NCBI GenBank assembly: GCA_938084645.1
Contig: CALKEP010000052.1
Coordinates: 1,722-65,721 of the forward strand
Direction of reading: 5' to 3'
DNA from: an uncultured Phycisphaerales bacterium
GTDB lineage: Bacteria > Planctomycetota > Phycisphaerae > Phycisphaerales > SM1A02
DNA length: 64,000 bases
Shown: positions 9,576-19,797 of the stretch, piece by piece
Position numbering within the stretch: position 1 is the stretch's first letter
Layout: each line of letters begins with the position of its first letter
Notes under the pieces: model-generated
The model's database searches: none
What the model was told of the DNA's origin: nothing
Seen by the model: the letters and a program-made list of their open reading frames with translations, nothing else
Program-made: the position numbers and the translations under genes

Positions 9576-10508
9576 TCACGGCGCGAGTGGGTGGACCATC
9601 GCGGTTCGACGGACCGAATGGCGAAAGCCGGCGCGGCGGTAAAGCCTTACGGCAGGCTGGTTTTCGCGATCGACGGCGAGCACCACGATGCGGGCGCCGT
9701 CGCCGTCGAGTGCCGCGAGTCCGAATGTCAAGAGGGTCTTGCCGAGTCCTCGCCCGCGAGCCATCGGCACCAGTCCGAGGTAGACGAGTTCGATCGAGTG
9801 GCCGTCGGCGCCGCGGTTGAACAGGAGAACGCCGGATGGAACCCCGTCGATCCGGAGCACGTGCCACCAGTCCGGTTCGCGCGTCCCGGATGCGAGATGC
9901 CCGGCGAGGATGTCGGTCGTGCGACGGAGGCCCGCGAGCCCGGGGCAATCGAGCGTGTTCTCGTAGGTGCGCTCCAGCAGGGCGACGAGTTCGTCCTCAT
10001 TGCCGTCCCAGGCCTCGATCCGAACGTCTGGGGCCAGTTCCGGGGAGGGAATGGTGCCGAACCGGGGGACCGGTCGCTCGAGGTAGTCGAGTTGCGCGAG
10101 TCGCTTGAAGCCCCCTGCGATGAACATGGCCTCCTCGAGCTCGTCACTCGGATCGATGAGTGCCTGGGCCAGATCGACACCCCGTTCGCGACATCCGGCC
10201 GCGACGGCGGCGAGCAGTTCGCCGGCGAGCGCGACATCGGCCTGCGAGCTCGGTCGGGTGCCGAAGACCATCGCGGTTCGACCCGCGGCCGGTGCGGCGA
10301 GGGCGGTGAAATCGATCCGGCCGTCCGGATTTCGGACGACCCAGGTCTGGTCGAGGTCCAGCCGGGTCGCCCGGGCGTACTCGAGAAACCGCTTCGCGGC
10401 GGCGCGATCGCCACGGACGAGCACCCGGATGGCGGCCTCGATTTCATCCGGACGGACACGCTCCGGCCTGGGGCGATCGACTTCGGTGGCTGGCTGGGGT
10501 TCGGGCAT
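9576..10508 (-). CDS. GNAT-family N-acetyltransferase (two-lobed, MshD-like size)
   Basis: 310 aa. The C-terminal lobe carries acetyl-CoA motif A (VPMARGRGLGKTLL) and ends with NQPAVRLYRRAGF. Confidence 0.8.
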   Translation of the reverse strand: MPEPQPATEVDRPRPERVRPDEIEAAIRVLVRGDRAAAKRFLEYARATRLDLDQTWVVRNPDGRIDFTALAAPAAGRTAMVFGTRPSSQADVALAGELLAAVAAGCRERGVDLAQALIDPSDELEEAMFIAGGFKRLAQLDYLERPVPRFGTIPSPELAPDVRIEAWDGNEDELVALLERTYENTLDCPGLAGLRRTTDILAGHLASGTREPDWWHVLRIDGVPSGVLLFNRGADGHSIELVYLGLVPMARGRGLGKTLLTFGLAALDGDGARIVVLAVDRENQPAVRLYRRAGFRHSVRRTAMVHPLAP

Positions 10509-10610
10509 TCTGGAGAAAACCTACCACTCCGAAGCAGGATCGGTGGATGAAGGGGTCCGCCCGGAACCGTTCGTGATACACTTCCGAATCGTCCCTGAGG
10601 AGCACTTTCC

Positions 10611-11324
10611 ATGGTTCAGATGCGTCAGACCGCGATGTCGCGGAATCTCTCCAGTCGGATCCTCGTCCTTCTTGCGGCCTTTTCGTCGCTGCTGGTCATG
10701 ATGACTTCGTCCTCCGCGACGGCCGCGCCGGTCGCGGGAGCATCGGTGTCGGGTCAGGATTGGGAGCTGGGCTTCACGCCAGGCGACCTGAGGCTCTACG
10801 TCGATCCGGTCGACGGTCGGCGGTACTGGTACTTCACCTACACGGTCACCAACCTCACCGAGCGAGATCTCGTGTTCGCCCCGAGAATCGAGCTCTTCAT
10901 GGACAGTGGCAAGATCCTCCGTTCCGGCCGGGGGGTACCCAGCCGGACCGTGGGGCAGCTCCGAAAGTTGCTTGGGAATCCGCTTCTCGAAGATCAGAAT
11001 CGGATCATCGGTGATCTGCGGGTCGGCAAGGAGAACGCCCGGACCGGCATCGCGGTCTGGCCCGCCGCCGACCTCGACGTCACCGAGTTGACCCTGTTCT
11101 TCCAAGGCCTTTCCAGCGATCGCAAGGTGGTGAAGCACCCCGAATCGGGTGAACCGGTCTCGCTGTATCGGACCCTCCGACGAGAGTACACCGTCCCGGG
11201 CGACCCGGAGAAGCGGGGCTCCGAGGCACTCCCCCTCGATTCTCGGAAGAACCGTCGCGGGCCCGCCTGCGAGCAGGAATTCCAGGTCGCCGGGAAGTCC
11301 GCCGGCTGCTGGATCTACCGCTGA
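10611..11324 (+). CDS. Secreted protein, unknown function
   Basis: 237 aa with a signal peptide (ILVLLAAFSSLLVMMTSSSATAAP) and a beta-rich mature part (YWYFTYTVTNLTERDLVF). An alternative start lies at 10635. Confidence 0.6.
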   Translation: MVQMRQTAMSRNLSSRILVLLAAFSSLLVMMTSSSATAAPVAGASVSGQDWELGFTPGDLRLYVDPVDGRRYWYFTYTVTNLTERDLVFAPRIELFMDSGKILRSGRGVPSRTVGQLRKLLGNPLLEDQNRIIGDLRVGKENARTGIAVWPAADLDVTELTLFFQGLSSDRKVVKHPESGEPVSLYRTLRREYTVPGDPEKRGSEALPLDSRKNRRGPACEQEFQVAGKSAGCWIYR

Positions 11325-11340
11325 TTCATCCCGGTGGGGA

Positions 11341-11369
11341 TTGGCGGAAGGCCGGCTTTTCGCTATGCT
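11341..11369 (+). promoter_or_regulatory. Putative sigma70-type promoter of rpmA
   Basis: TTGGCG (11341-11346), a 17-nt spacer, then TATGCT (11364-11369), about 105 nt upstream of the rpmA GTG. Pattern match only. Confidence 0.3.
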
Positions 11370-11475
11370 CTTCCATTCGGCCGGATGCGAGGCGCATCCC
11401 GCCAGAGACGCAACGAACGGGTGACCGGACTCGATCCGGAACCTCACCCGTGAAGAAGATCGAACGGAGCTGACC

Positions 11476-12934
<1,459 letters not shown>

Positions 12935-12952
12935 CGCCTCCGCAGCCGACCT

Positions 12953-14518
12953 TCAGCGGCAGAGTTCCATGTAGGTCTCGAAGAACTCGATCATCGGCTT
13001 CTCGAAATCGACGCCGACGATCAGGCCCGCGATCTCGGGGACCAGGCGTTCGTCCCGGGCGAGATTCACGACCCGGCCGCCGCCGGCCGCCGCGATCTCC
13101 GGAAAGAACTCGATCGCGTCGCGATTCCGGCCCCATCGGCGACGGGAGACGCCCTTGATTCCGTTCGGGCCGTCCGCCGCCGGCGTGACGAGATCTTCCT
13201 CGGTGTTCGCACCGGGATCGTCGTCGTCCTCGATGGTGGGATCGCATCCGACGACATGCGTGGTCACGCCCCGGATCTTCGCCGCGGTCGCCATCTTCAC
13301 GCAGGATTCACCGCGGCCGGGATGCGGGGGGGCGTCGCCGACGAGCACCAGCACGCCCCGATGGTGGGGATTCCAGGAGAACGAGCCGTACGCGAGGCCG
13401 AGTCCCTCGTTGACGAGTTCGGGTCGGTCGCCGCCGCCTTCGGCGTTGAGTCGCCAGAGATTTCTGCGGGCCGCGTCGATCGAAGGCGTGAAGTCCCAGC
13501 CGATCTTCTCGAACTTCTCCCGGCGATCGCGATAGCCGGCGATGCCGACCCGGACGCCGGCCGAGACGTCACCGACGAATCGCATGAGATCGTCGATGCC
13601 GCCCTGGGCATCCGAGATCTCGCCCGACATGCTCGCGGTGCAGTCGATCACGATCGCGAGGTCGATCGGTTGCAGGGCGAGCGTCTCGAGATGGTCGCTC
13701 AGTTCCGTGAATTCAGTCAACGGCAGTCGGGCGATCTCGCTGAGGTCGTCGGGGTGCGACGGGGTCGGTCGAGACGACGGCACGGTCGCGTCGGCGCGGG
13801 GTGGGAGGATCCGGGCGCCGTCGAGGGATCGGAGACCGCGGTTCTTCTGGTACCAGAGTCGCCAGCGATAGTCCCGCCGAAGGTCGTCGCCCCCGGTGAG
13901 TCGTGCCAGCCGCGGGCTGAGCGCGCCGCTCTCCTCCTTGTCCATCCGGAGGATGATGGTTCGAACGAGCTCGGTGGCGAGTTCCTCGAGTTCGTCGTCG
14001 TCGGCGAGGAGGCCGAGCTCCGCGGCGAGCATCTTGTCCTCGAGCCGAGCACTCCTCGAGAGGGCGGTCACGCCGCGGGCGAGCCGGTCGGGGTCAATCC
14101 GGTATCCGGCGCGGAGTGCCGTGCGAATGACCTCGGGGTCCGATTCGCGATCGAACCAGCCGGCCGACTGCGGGACGTTCCGATGGGCGAGGACCAGGAC
14201 GGCGAAGCACCGCACGGGCACCTGTGGATCGTGCAGGGCGTCGACCAGCATCGCGGCGGACTCCGGGCAGTCGAACCGTTGCAGTCGGAGGATCGAGATG
14301 ACCCGTCGGGGCCAGGCCAGGCTTCCCAGCAGCCCCTCGATCGCCGTTCGTTCACCGACGGCGGCCTTCACGTAGGGCCGAACCGGTTCGGAGGCGATCG
14401 GCACGATCGAGGCATCCCCGGCGGTGGGGGGCTGGGGCGGGCTCCCGGTCGCTCGGGTGGTGAGCCACGCCGCCGAAATCAGGGATGCCGCAAGGAGAAA
14501 CGCAGCCGAACGTGCCAT
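12953..14518 (-). CDS. Secreted von Willebrand factor A (vWA) domain protein with N-terminal HEAT-like repeats
   Basis: 521 aa with a signal peptide. It has HEAT-like segments (LHDPQVPVRCFAVLVLA) and a MIDAS DxSxS motif (VIDCTASMSG) in a C-terminal vWA fold. Confidence 0.8.
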   Translation of the reverse strand: MARSAAFLLAASLISAAWLTTRATGSPPQPPTAGDASIVPIASEPVRPYVKAAVGERTAIEGLLGSLAWPRRVISILRLQRFDCPESAAMLVDALHDPQVPVRCFAVLVLAHRNVPQSAGWFDRESDPEVIRTALRAGYRIDPDRLARGVTALSRSARLEDKMLAAELGLLADDDELEELATELVRTIILRMDKEESGALSPRLARLTGGDDLRRDYRWRLWYQKNRGLRSLDGARILPPRADATVPSSRPTPSHPDDLSEIARLPLTEFTELSDHLETLALQPIDLAIVIDCTASMSGEISDAQGGIDDLMRFVGDVSAGVRVGIAGYRDRREKFEKIGWDFTPSIDAARRNLWRLNAEGGGDRPELVNEGLGLAYGSFSWNPHHRGVLVLVGDAPPHPGRGESCVKMATAAKIRGVTTHVVGCDPTIEDDDDPGANTEEDLVTPAADGPNGIKGVSRRRWGRNRDAIEFFPEIAAAGGGRVVNLARDERLVPEIAGLIVGVDFEKPMIEFFETYMELCR

Positions 14519-14572
14519 GAGCCGAGTGTAGCCCGGCGGAAGGCAAACTCGGGATTCTCCTCGAGAATTGCC

Positions 14573-14602
14573 TTGACATGCATACCATGTAACGCATAGT
14601 AT
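14573..14602 (+). promoter_or_regulatory. Near-consensus promoter with inverted repeats (candidate PadR operator)
   Basis: TTGACA (14573-14578), an 18-nt spacer, then TAGTAT (14597-14602), in a locally AT-rich island. Inverted repeats ACAT-N7-ATGT and CATAC-N13-GTATG overlap it. Confidence 0.45.
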
Positions 14603-14639
14603 GTCACACGGTCATGGAAACAGTCTCTGGAGTCATGTC

Positions 14640-14999
14640 ATGCGAATCGAACGAGAACTGATGCGAGGCGCGGGACCGGTGGCGATCCTGAAGTTGCTCT
14701 CCCAGCGGGAGATGTACGGATACGAGCTGGTCGAGATGCTGGCCTCGAAGACCGAGGGGGTCCTCGCGATGGGGCAGTCGACGGTCTATCCGCTCCTCTA
14801 CAACCTCGAGGCCAAGGGGCTCGTGCAGAGCGAGCGACGGCGTGCGGAGAGCGGCCGGGAACGCAAGTACTACGGCCTCACCGGAGCCGGAGAGCGCCGA
14901 CTGAAGGCGGAAGTCGAGCAGTGGCAGGCGGTGAACGACGCGATGCAGTCGCTCGGCGTCATTCGGGGGATGGGCACGTTCACCGGCGCGTTCGCCTGA
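14640..14999 (+). CDS. PadR-family transcriptional regulator
   Basis: It has the winged-helix signature (ILKLLSQREMYGYEL ... STVYPLLYNLEAKGLV). The ATG at 14640 is preferred over 14601, which lies inside the putative -10 element. Confidence 0.85.
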   Translation: MRIERELMRGAGPVAILKLLSQREMYGYELVEMLASKTEGVLAMGQSTVYPLLYNLEAKGLVQSERRRAESGRERKYYGLTGAGERRLKAEVEQWQAVNDAMQSLGVIRGMGTFTGAFA

Positions 15000-15012
15000 A
15001 CGACGACCACCG

Positions 15013-17031
15013 ATGGGGGACATCGACATGGAAGACCAGCAGGGAACATCGGACGAGCCGGCGACCACCCTCTCGAGCCTCCGCAGGCTGCGAACGACGC
15101 CGATGCGTGATCTCGTCCGCGGTCGCGTCACCGGTCGCCTCGACCTCCGGCATCTGCTCGAGTCCTCGACGCTTTCGGATCGGCTCGGTGAATTCGTCAT
15201 CGACGTCGTGCGGCGGACCAGACTCAGGCGACTCGAACGGATCGATGTCGCACGAGAACTCATCGAACACTTCGAAGACGGGATCTCGGCGGGGGTCTCG
15301 GAGGAGGCGCTCGTCGCGGGTTTCGGTGAACGCCGGATCGCGGCAACGCTCATTCGACGCGGGATGACTCGCAAGCGAACGTGGTTCGACTGGGCGGTTC
15401 GACGCACCGCCCTCGTCGCGAGCCTCTTCGTGGCGGGATTCGCGGCGATCTACCTGGTGTTGGCGATCCGTCACTGGAACGAGGTCGTCCGAATCGACGT
15501 CGACTACGTCGCCAGGATCCGAGAGGCGTCGGCGGGCGCCTCGCCCGCGGAACGCGGCTGGCCCGGTCTCCGCGACGCGATGGTCGAGCTGCGTGAACTG
15601 GCGGGACCGACCGAGGGCCACCGAGACCATGCGGTGTCCTCGCTGGTGAACGTCGCGATGACGGAGACCGTTCCACCCTGGAACGACGTGGTGATGGAGC
15701 CCGCTCCGGTGATTCCGGAGGATGACGCGCCGTCGCCCGAGGCATGCGCCGAATTCTTCGACCGCGCAACGCCCGCGATCACCGCGCTGCGTCTCGCCGC
15801 GTCGAAGCCGATCCTCGGCTTCCCCATGGGGACGGATGGAACGGGATCCGAGATCGATCGCGACTTCCTCGGACTCACCGCCCCCGCGTCGATCCCGCCC
15901 GCCGATCGTACGGTCCTCGATGGCGCGGTCATCGGGTTGCAGTTTCCGTACTTCGGGACGGTGCGCCTGGCGTCACGCATCCTCTCCGCCGACGCCCGCC
16001 GGGCCGCGGAACAAGGTGACGGCCCTCGGTTCGTGTCCGACGTGGAGGCCATGTTCGGTTTCGGGCGACAGGTTCGGACCCCGACGATCCTGATCGGACA
16101 GCTCGTCGGCCTGTCGATCGAGCGGCTCGCCTTCATGACGATCCTCGACGTGCTCGCCGCGAACCCCGAGGCGATCGACGACGAATCGCTCGTCCGGCTC
16201 CGGAGCATCGTCTCCGGACTCGACGAAGATCGACTCCGGATCCGCGTCGACCATGAGCGGTACTTCTTCCTCGACCTCGCCCAGCGGTTCTACACGGACG
16301 ACGGCGACGGCAACGGTCGACTGAAGTTCACCTCGAACGGCGCAGCCGCGGCGGGCCTGGCGCTCGCCCCGGGCGATCCGGGACGCGTCGGGGGAGGCGG
16401 CACGTTCGATTTCCTGCTCGGTCCGTTGGTCGCCAACGCGGTGATCGATCGCCGGGAGGCGACGGAGATCTGGAATCGGAACATGGATCGCATCGAAGCC
16501 GGCAACCGGTCCGACCCCTGGGACTTCGATGCGTCGGACTCCGGGGCGGTGTACGGGTCGTCCGTCGACGTCGACGAGGATTCCTGGCTGTCGAGGCTCC
16601 GCCTCTTCCCGATCTCCATGCTGCTTCCCGCGACGGAGAACCTCACCAACCTCGCCGCGGGGGTCCGACTCGAACGCGATCTGGTGCGGACCGTGATCGA
16701 GCTCGAGTTCTTCCGGCGAGCGCAGGGAGCCTGGCCGGAGTCGATCGACGAACTGGAGTTCGCCGGTCTCGATCCCTTCGACGGCCAGCCGCTTCGCTAC
16801 CTGGTTCGGGACGATGCCCCGGTGCTCTACATCCTCGGGCCCGACCGGATCGACGACGGAGGACGATGGATCGAGGGGCCCAACGGAATCGCGCGGACGG
16901 CCCGCGATGGAATGTCGGGGACGACCCGGTACTGGGGCCGGGTCCCGATCGATCCGGGCGAGGGGCTGGTCGGTGATGTCCCGGTGTGGATCGGTGGGGC
17001 GGCCACGGCCGCTACCGGTGGGGAGTCCTGA
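15013..17031 (+). CDS. Membrane protein with a DUF1700/HAAS-like cytoplasmic N-terminus and a large extracytoplasmic domain
   Basis: 672 aa, starting 13 nt after the PadR stop. The N-terminal helical segment (ARELIEHFEDGISAGVSEEALVAGFGERRIAATLI) resembles PadR-associated DUF1700 proteins. There is one TM (ALVASLFVAGFAAIYLVLAI). Confidence 0.6.
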   Translation: MGDIDMEDQQGTSDEPATTLSSLRRLRTTPMRDLVRGRVTGRLDLRHLLESSTLSDRLGEFVIDVVRRTRLRRLERIDVARELIEHFEDGISAGVSEEALVAGFGERRIAATLIRRGMTRKRTWFDWAVRRTALVASLFVAGFAAIYLVLAIRHWNEVVRIDVDYVARIREASAGASPAERGWPGLRDAMVELRELAGPTEGHRDHAVSSLVNVAMTETVPPWNDVVMEPAPVIPEDDAPSPEACAEFFDRATPAITALRLAASKPILGFPMGTDGTGSEIDRDFLGLTAPASIPPADRTVLDGAVIGLQFPYFGTVRLASRILSADARRAAEQGDGPRFVSDVEAMFGFGRQVRTPTILIGQLVGLSIERLAFMTILDVLAANPEAIDDESLVRLRSIVSGLDEDRLRIRVDHERYFFLDLAQRFYTDDGDGNGRLKFTSNGAAAAGLALAPGDPGRVGGGGTFDFLLGPLVANAVIDRREATEIWNRNMDRIEAGNRSDPWDFDASDSGAVYGSSVDVDEDSWLSRLRLFPISMLLPATENLTNLAAGVRLERDLVRTVIELEFFRRAQGAWPESIDELEFAGLDPFDGQPLRYLVRDDAPVLYILGPDRIDDGGRWIEGPNGIARTARDGMSGTTRYWGRVPIDPGEGLVGDVPVWIGGAATAATGGES

Positions 17032-18364
17032 AGGCTTCCAGCCGTTCCGCTCGCGGCGGTGACAGGACCTTCGGGATCGTCCGCAGGTACGCCTCGTGGA
17101 GTTCCGGCTGGGCCTCGCGGAGCCTCTCGGGATCGACCAGGCTCCATTCGTCGTGGCCGGGGCCGAAGGTGCGTTGCAGATCCCACTCCGAGGAGATCAC
17201 CCAGTAGGCGTACTCCTGCAGCAGCACGCGATCCGCCTCCTCCTCGTCGTCGAACTCGTCGAGGTAGTCCACCACGTACCACGAACGATCGAGGGCGGTC
17301 CGCATCGCCGCATGCAGGGTCGACTCCCGCGAAATGCCCCAGTCCTCGGGGAAGACGTCGTGAAGTCCGACCATGTTCAAGTGATGCAGCAGGTGCTCGA
17401 GCACCTCCATCGGCTGGCCGTCGAGATCGTCTGCCTCGAGCTGGAAGATCGCGTCGCAGATCGAGCGTCGTTCGCGAAGCCGATCGAACGCCTCCCAGTC
17501 GGACGCCTCGGGAAAGTCCGGTTCCTCGCCGCGCCACATCGGGATCGTGGTCTTCGCCCGGAAGAGCGAGCGAAGCACCGCATCCTGCAGCCCGACGTCG
17601 ATTCCCTCGGCGTCGGGATTCATCATCGCGTCCTGCAACTCGCCCACCGCGATCATGAACGCGTCGTCGACCTCGTCGGTCGCGACGAACGTGATCCCAC
17701 CGGCCACGAGGTGCTTGGAGAACGGCGCGAAGGTCTGGTCGCGGATCACGCCCGTCCGTCGTCGAGGATCTTCGGGGATCGCGCCGTCGCGGCGTTCGAC
17801 GACGCATTCACCCAACGGACGCGGCCCGCCGGTTCGAACCGTCGCGGCCTCGTCGCGCGGAACGTCGAGCAGACGATCGACTTCGGCCAGGATCGCAGTG
17901 GCGTCCCGGACGCCGTCGAGTCGTCCGAGCACCCGGCCATCGGCATCGAGGATCCAGAGGGTGGGTCGCGCTTCGGCCCCGCGGACGAGGGCGTTCCGTT
18001 TCGAACCCTCGTTGGCCACGATCGGGAACGGTGTGGTCTCATCTCGCCGGGCGAGCCAATCCACGATCTCCGATCTCCACTGGATCGCCGCGGCGACGAT
18101 GCGGGCCGAATCCGGACGCCGGCGTTCCACCTCGGCGAGCTCGGCGAGCATCGCGACCGAATCGGGGGCGTAGGTCGCCCACACCAGCAGCAGGGTGGGT
18201 CGTCCATCCTCGGTTTGAAGCGGAATGGGGGCGTCGTCGATCGATCGAAGCACGTCGGTCTGCACCGACCCGACGAGTCGAGGTGGCGTGGGCGCGGTAC
18301 CGGGTCCGCAGCCGGTGAGAAGCGTCGCGCACGACAGAAGCCAGCACGTGAGTCGCTTCGTCAT
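17012..18364 (-). CDS. Lipoprotein with a CXXC-less thioredoxin-fold (TlpA-like) N-domain fused to an unknown C-terminal domain
   Basis: Lipobox LLTGC. The TlpA-like segment (TLLLVWATYAPDSVAMLAEL ... PTLWILDADGRVL) has YAPDS where CXXC is expected. The roughly 280-aa acidic C-terminal domain has no motif I recognise. Confidence 0.7.
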   Translation of the reverse strand: MTKRLTCWLLSCATLLTGCGPGTAPTPPRLVGSVQTDVLRSIDDAPIPLQTEDGRPTLLLVWATYAPDSVAMLAELAEVERRRPDSARIVAAAIQWRSEIVDWLARRDETTPFPIVANEGSKRNALVRGAEARPTLWILDADGRVLGRLDGVRDATAILAEVDRLLDVPRDEAATVRTGGPRPLGECVVERRDGAIPEDPRRRTGVIRDQTFAPFSKHLVAGGITFVATDEVDDAFMIAVGELQDAMMNPDAEGIDVGLQDAVLRSLFRAKTTIPMWRGEEPDFPEASDWEAFDRLRERRSICDAIFQLEADDLDGQPMEVLEHLLHHLNMVGLHDVFPEDWGISRESTLHAAMRTALDRSWYVVDYLDEFDDEEEADRVLLQEYAYWVISSEWDLQRTFGPGHDEWSLVDPERLREAQPELHEAYLRTIPKVLSPPRAERLEAFRTPHR

Positions 18365-18436
18365 CCGATCGAGTCGGGGGGGCTGCATGCGATGGCTCCA
18401 AGGGTCGACTTTCGTCGGGGCGGACCGTCCGCCGCG

Positions 18437-19012
18437 TCAATCCCCGTGATGGGCGCGGAGTCGAGGGCTCAGTCTGAGAAGGAGCTGGACCCGTTCGAAC
18501 TCGTCGAGCCAGTCCTGAAGCGTGTCGTCGAGTTCCGAGTCCGCGACGGGGGCGCCCGGAAGCGGGCAGGACGGGCCGAGATTCCGCGCGGCGATCGCGC
18601 GATAGCGGGTGAGGGTCCGATCGCCGAGGATCGACACCGGTTCGAAGAACTCGTTCATGAACACCGCCACCGGGACCCGATCTCCACCGTTGATGCGGAG
18701 TCGTGACGCCAGCTCGGGCTGCTCGTCGCGATCCACCCAGCGCAGGTCGATGCGGTCCGAGGCCTCGGCGATCCGGGCCAGCAACGGTCCCTGTTGGACG
18801 CAGTCTCCACACCAGGTGCCACTCACCACGACGACGTTGAGCCGGCGCTCGAACCCTTCGATCAGCGTGCGCTGGCTCGGCGTCAGCATCGTTCGCTCGT
18901 GAATCGCGAGCCAGTCGGCGGCGCGCTTCGGATCGGTCGCGACATAGGCCTCGAAATCGAGGGCGTCCGCGTGCGTGCCGGCGAGGAGTTCGGTCGAGAG
19001 GTCGTGGGTCAT
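18437..19012 (-). CDS. Thioredoxin-family protein (cytoplasmic type)
   Basis: 191 aa from the ATG at 19012, with active site SGTWCGDC. ATGA overlap with the upstream tlpA-like gene. Confidence 0.8.
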   Translation of the reverse strand: MTHDLSTELLAGTHADALDFEAYVATDPKRAADWLAIHERTMLTPSQRTLIEGFERRLNVVVVSGTWCGDCVQQGPLLARIAEASDRIDLRWVDRDEQPELASRLRINGGDRVPVAVFMNEFFEPVSILGDRTLTRYRAIAARNLGPSCPLPGAPVADSELDDTLQDWLDEFERVQLLLRLSPRLRAHHGD

Positions 19013-19797
19013 GCGGCCGGCTCCGTCCTCGGTGCCGCGGTGGGTCCGGGTTCGACGTCGGATCCCGACGACGCCGGCGCGGGGTTCTCCGCCATGCGGA
19101 GAAGGGAGAGGAGCGTGGGAAGATCGTGCATGCCTTCGAGCTTGAATCGGACCACGCCCGCCGCATCGATGATCCAGATGGTCGGATACGCCCTGGTCGC
19201 GGACGCGAGGGCGAGCGGGGGACCGTCCCGGGTCGCGATCGGATACGTGGGGACCGCACCGGGGTCGAGCCGGCCCGCGGTCGCATCCAGCCGGCGACGC
19301 TCCAGCCACTTCACGACGGTGCTCCGTGGTTCGGCGGCGTAGGACACGACGCGGACCTGATCGCTCAGATCGCGATGGATCGCCTCCAGCATCGGGATCG
19401 ACGCGATGCAGGGTGGACACCAGGTCGCCCAGACGTCGACCAGGGTGACCCGTCCGTCGACGGCGGCCACTGGGATCGCGGCGCCGTCCAGCGTCTGGAG
19501 CATCTCGGTCTGGGTCGTTCCGACGAGATCGGCGGTGGGGGGTGGTGACCCCGGCGGCGCCAGGAAGAAGGTCGCGACCACGCCACCGAGAAACATCGAG
19601 ATCAGACCGACGACCGCGCTGGCGAAGGCCCTGCGGTCACCGGGATTTCGACGGAGTTCCCGACTCGCGAGGGCGAGGGCCACGAGCCCCAGCAGGCCAC
19701 CGACGGCGAAGAGCGAGAGGGGCAGGCTGAACGCCGCGAGCATCGCGGTCAGGCGTCCCCGGTCCCGGGCGACGGGCGTGGACTCAGGCATCGGCAT
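19009..19797 (-). CDS. Membrane-anchored TlpA/ResA-like thiol:disulfide oxidoreductase
   Basis: It has N-terminal TM helices and a thioredoxin fold with WATWCPPC. The start is ambiguous (ATG at 19797, 19791 or 19743); the first two overlap the mutS 3' end. Confidence 0.8.
   Translation of the reverse strand: MPMPESTPVARDRGRLTAMLAAFSLPLSLFAVGGLLGLVALALASRELRRNPGDRRAFASAVVGLISMFLGGVVATFFLAPPGSPPPTADLVGTTQTEMLQTLDGAAIPVAAVDGRVTLVDVWATWCPPCIASIPMLEAIHRDLSDQVRVVSYAAEPRSTVVKWLERRRLDATAGRLDPGAVPTYPIATRDGPPLALASATRAYPTIWIIDAAGVVRFKLEGMHDLPTLLSLLRMAENPAPASSGSDVEPGPTAAPRTEPAA

Noticed and set aside
11325-11475. Absence of rplU (L21) upstream of rpmA
   Set aside because: The 151-bp gap is too small for L21 and has no ORF. 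Separation of rplU from rpmA-obg occurs in various lineages, and nothing in the sequence suggests a pseudogene.
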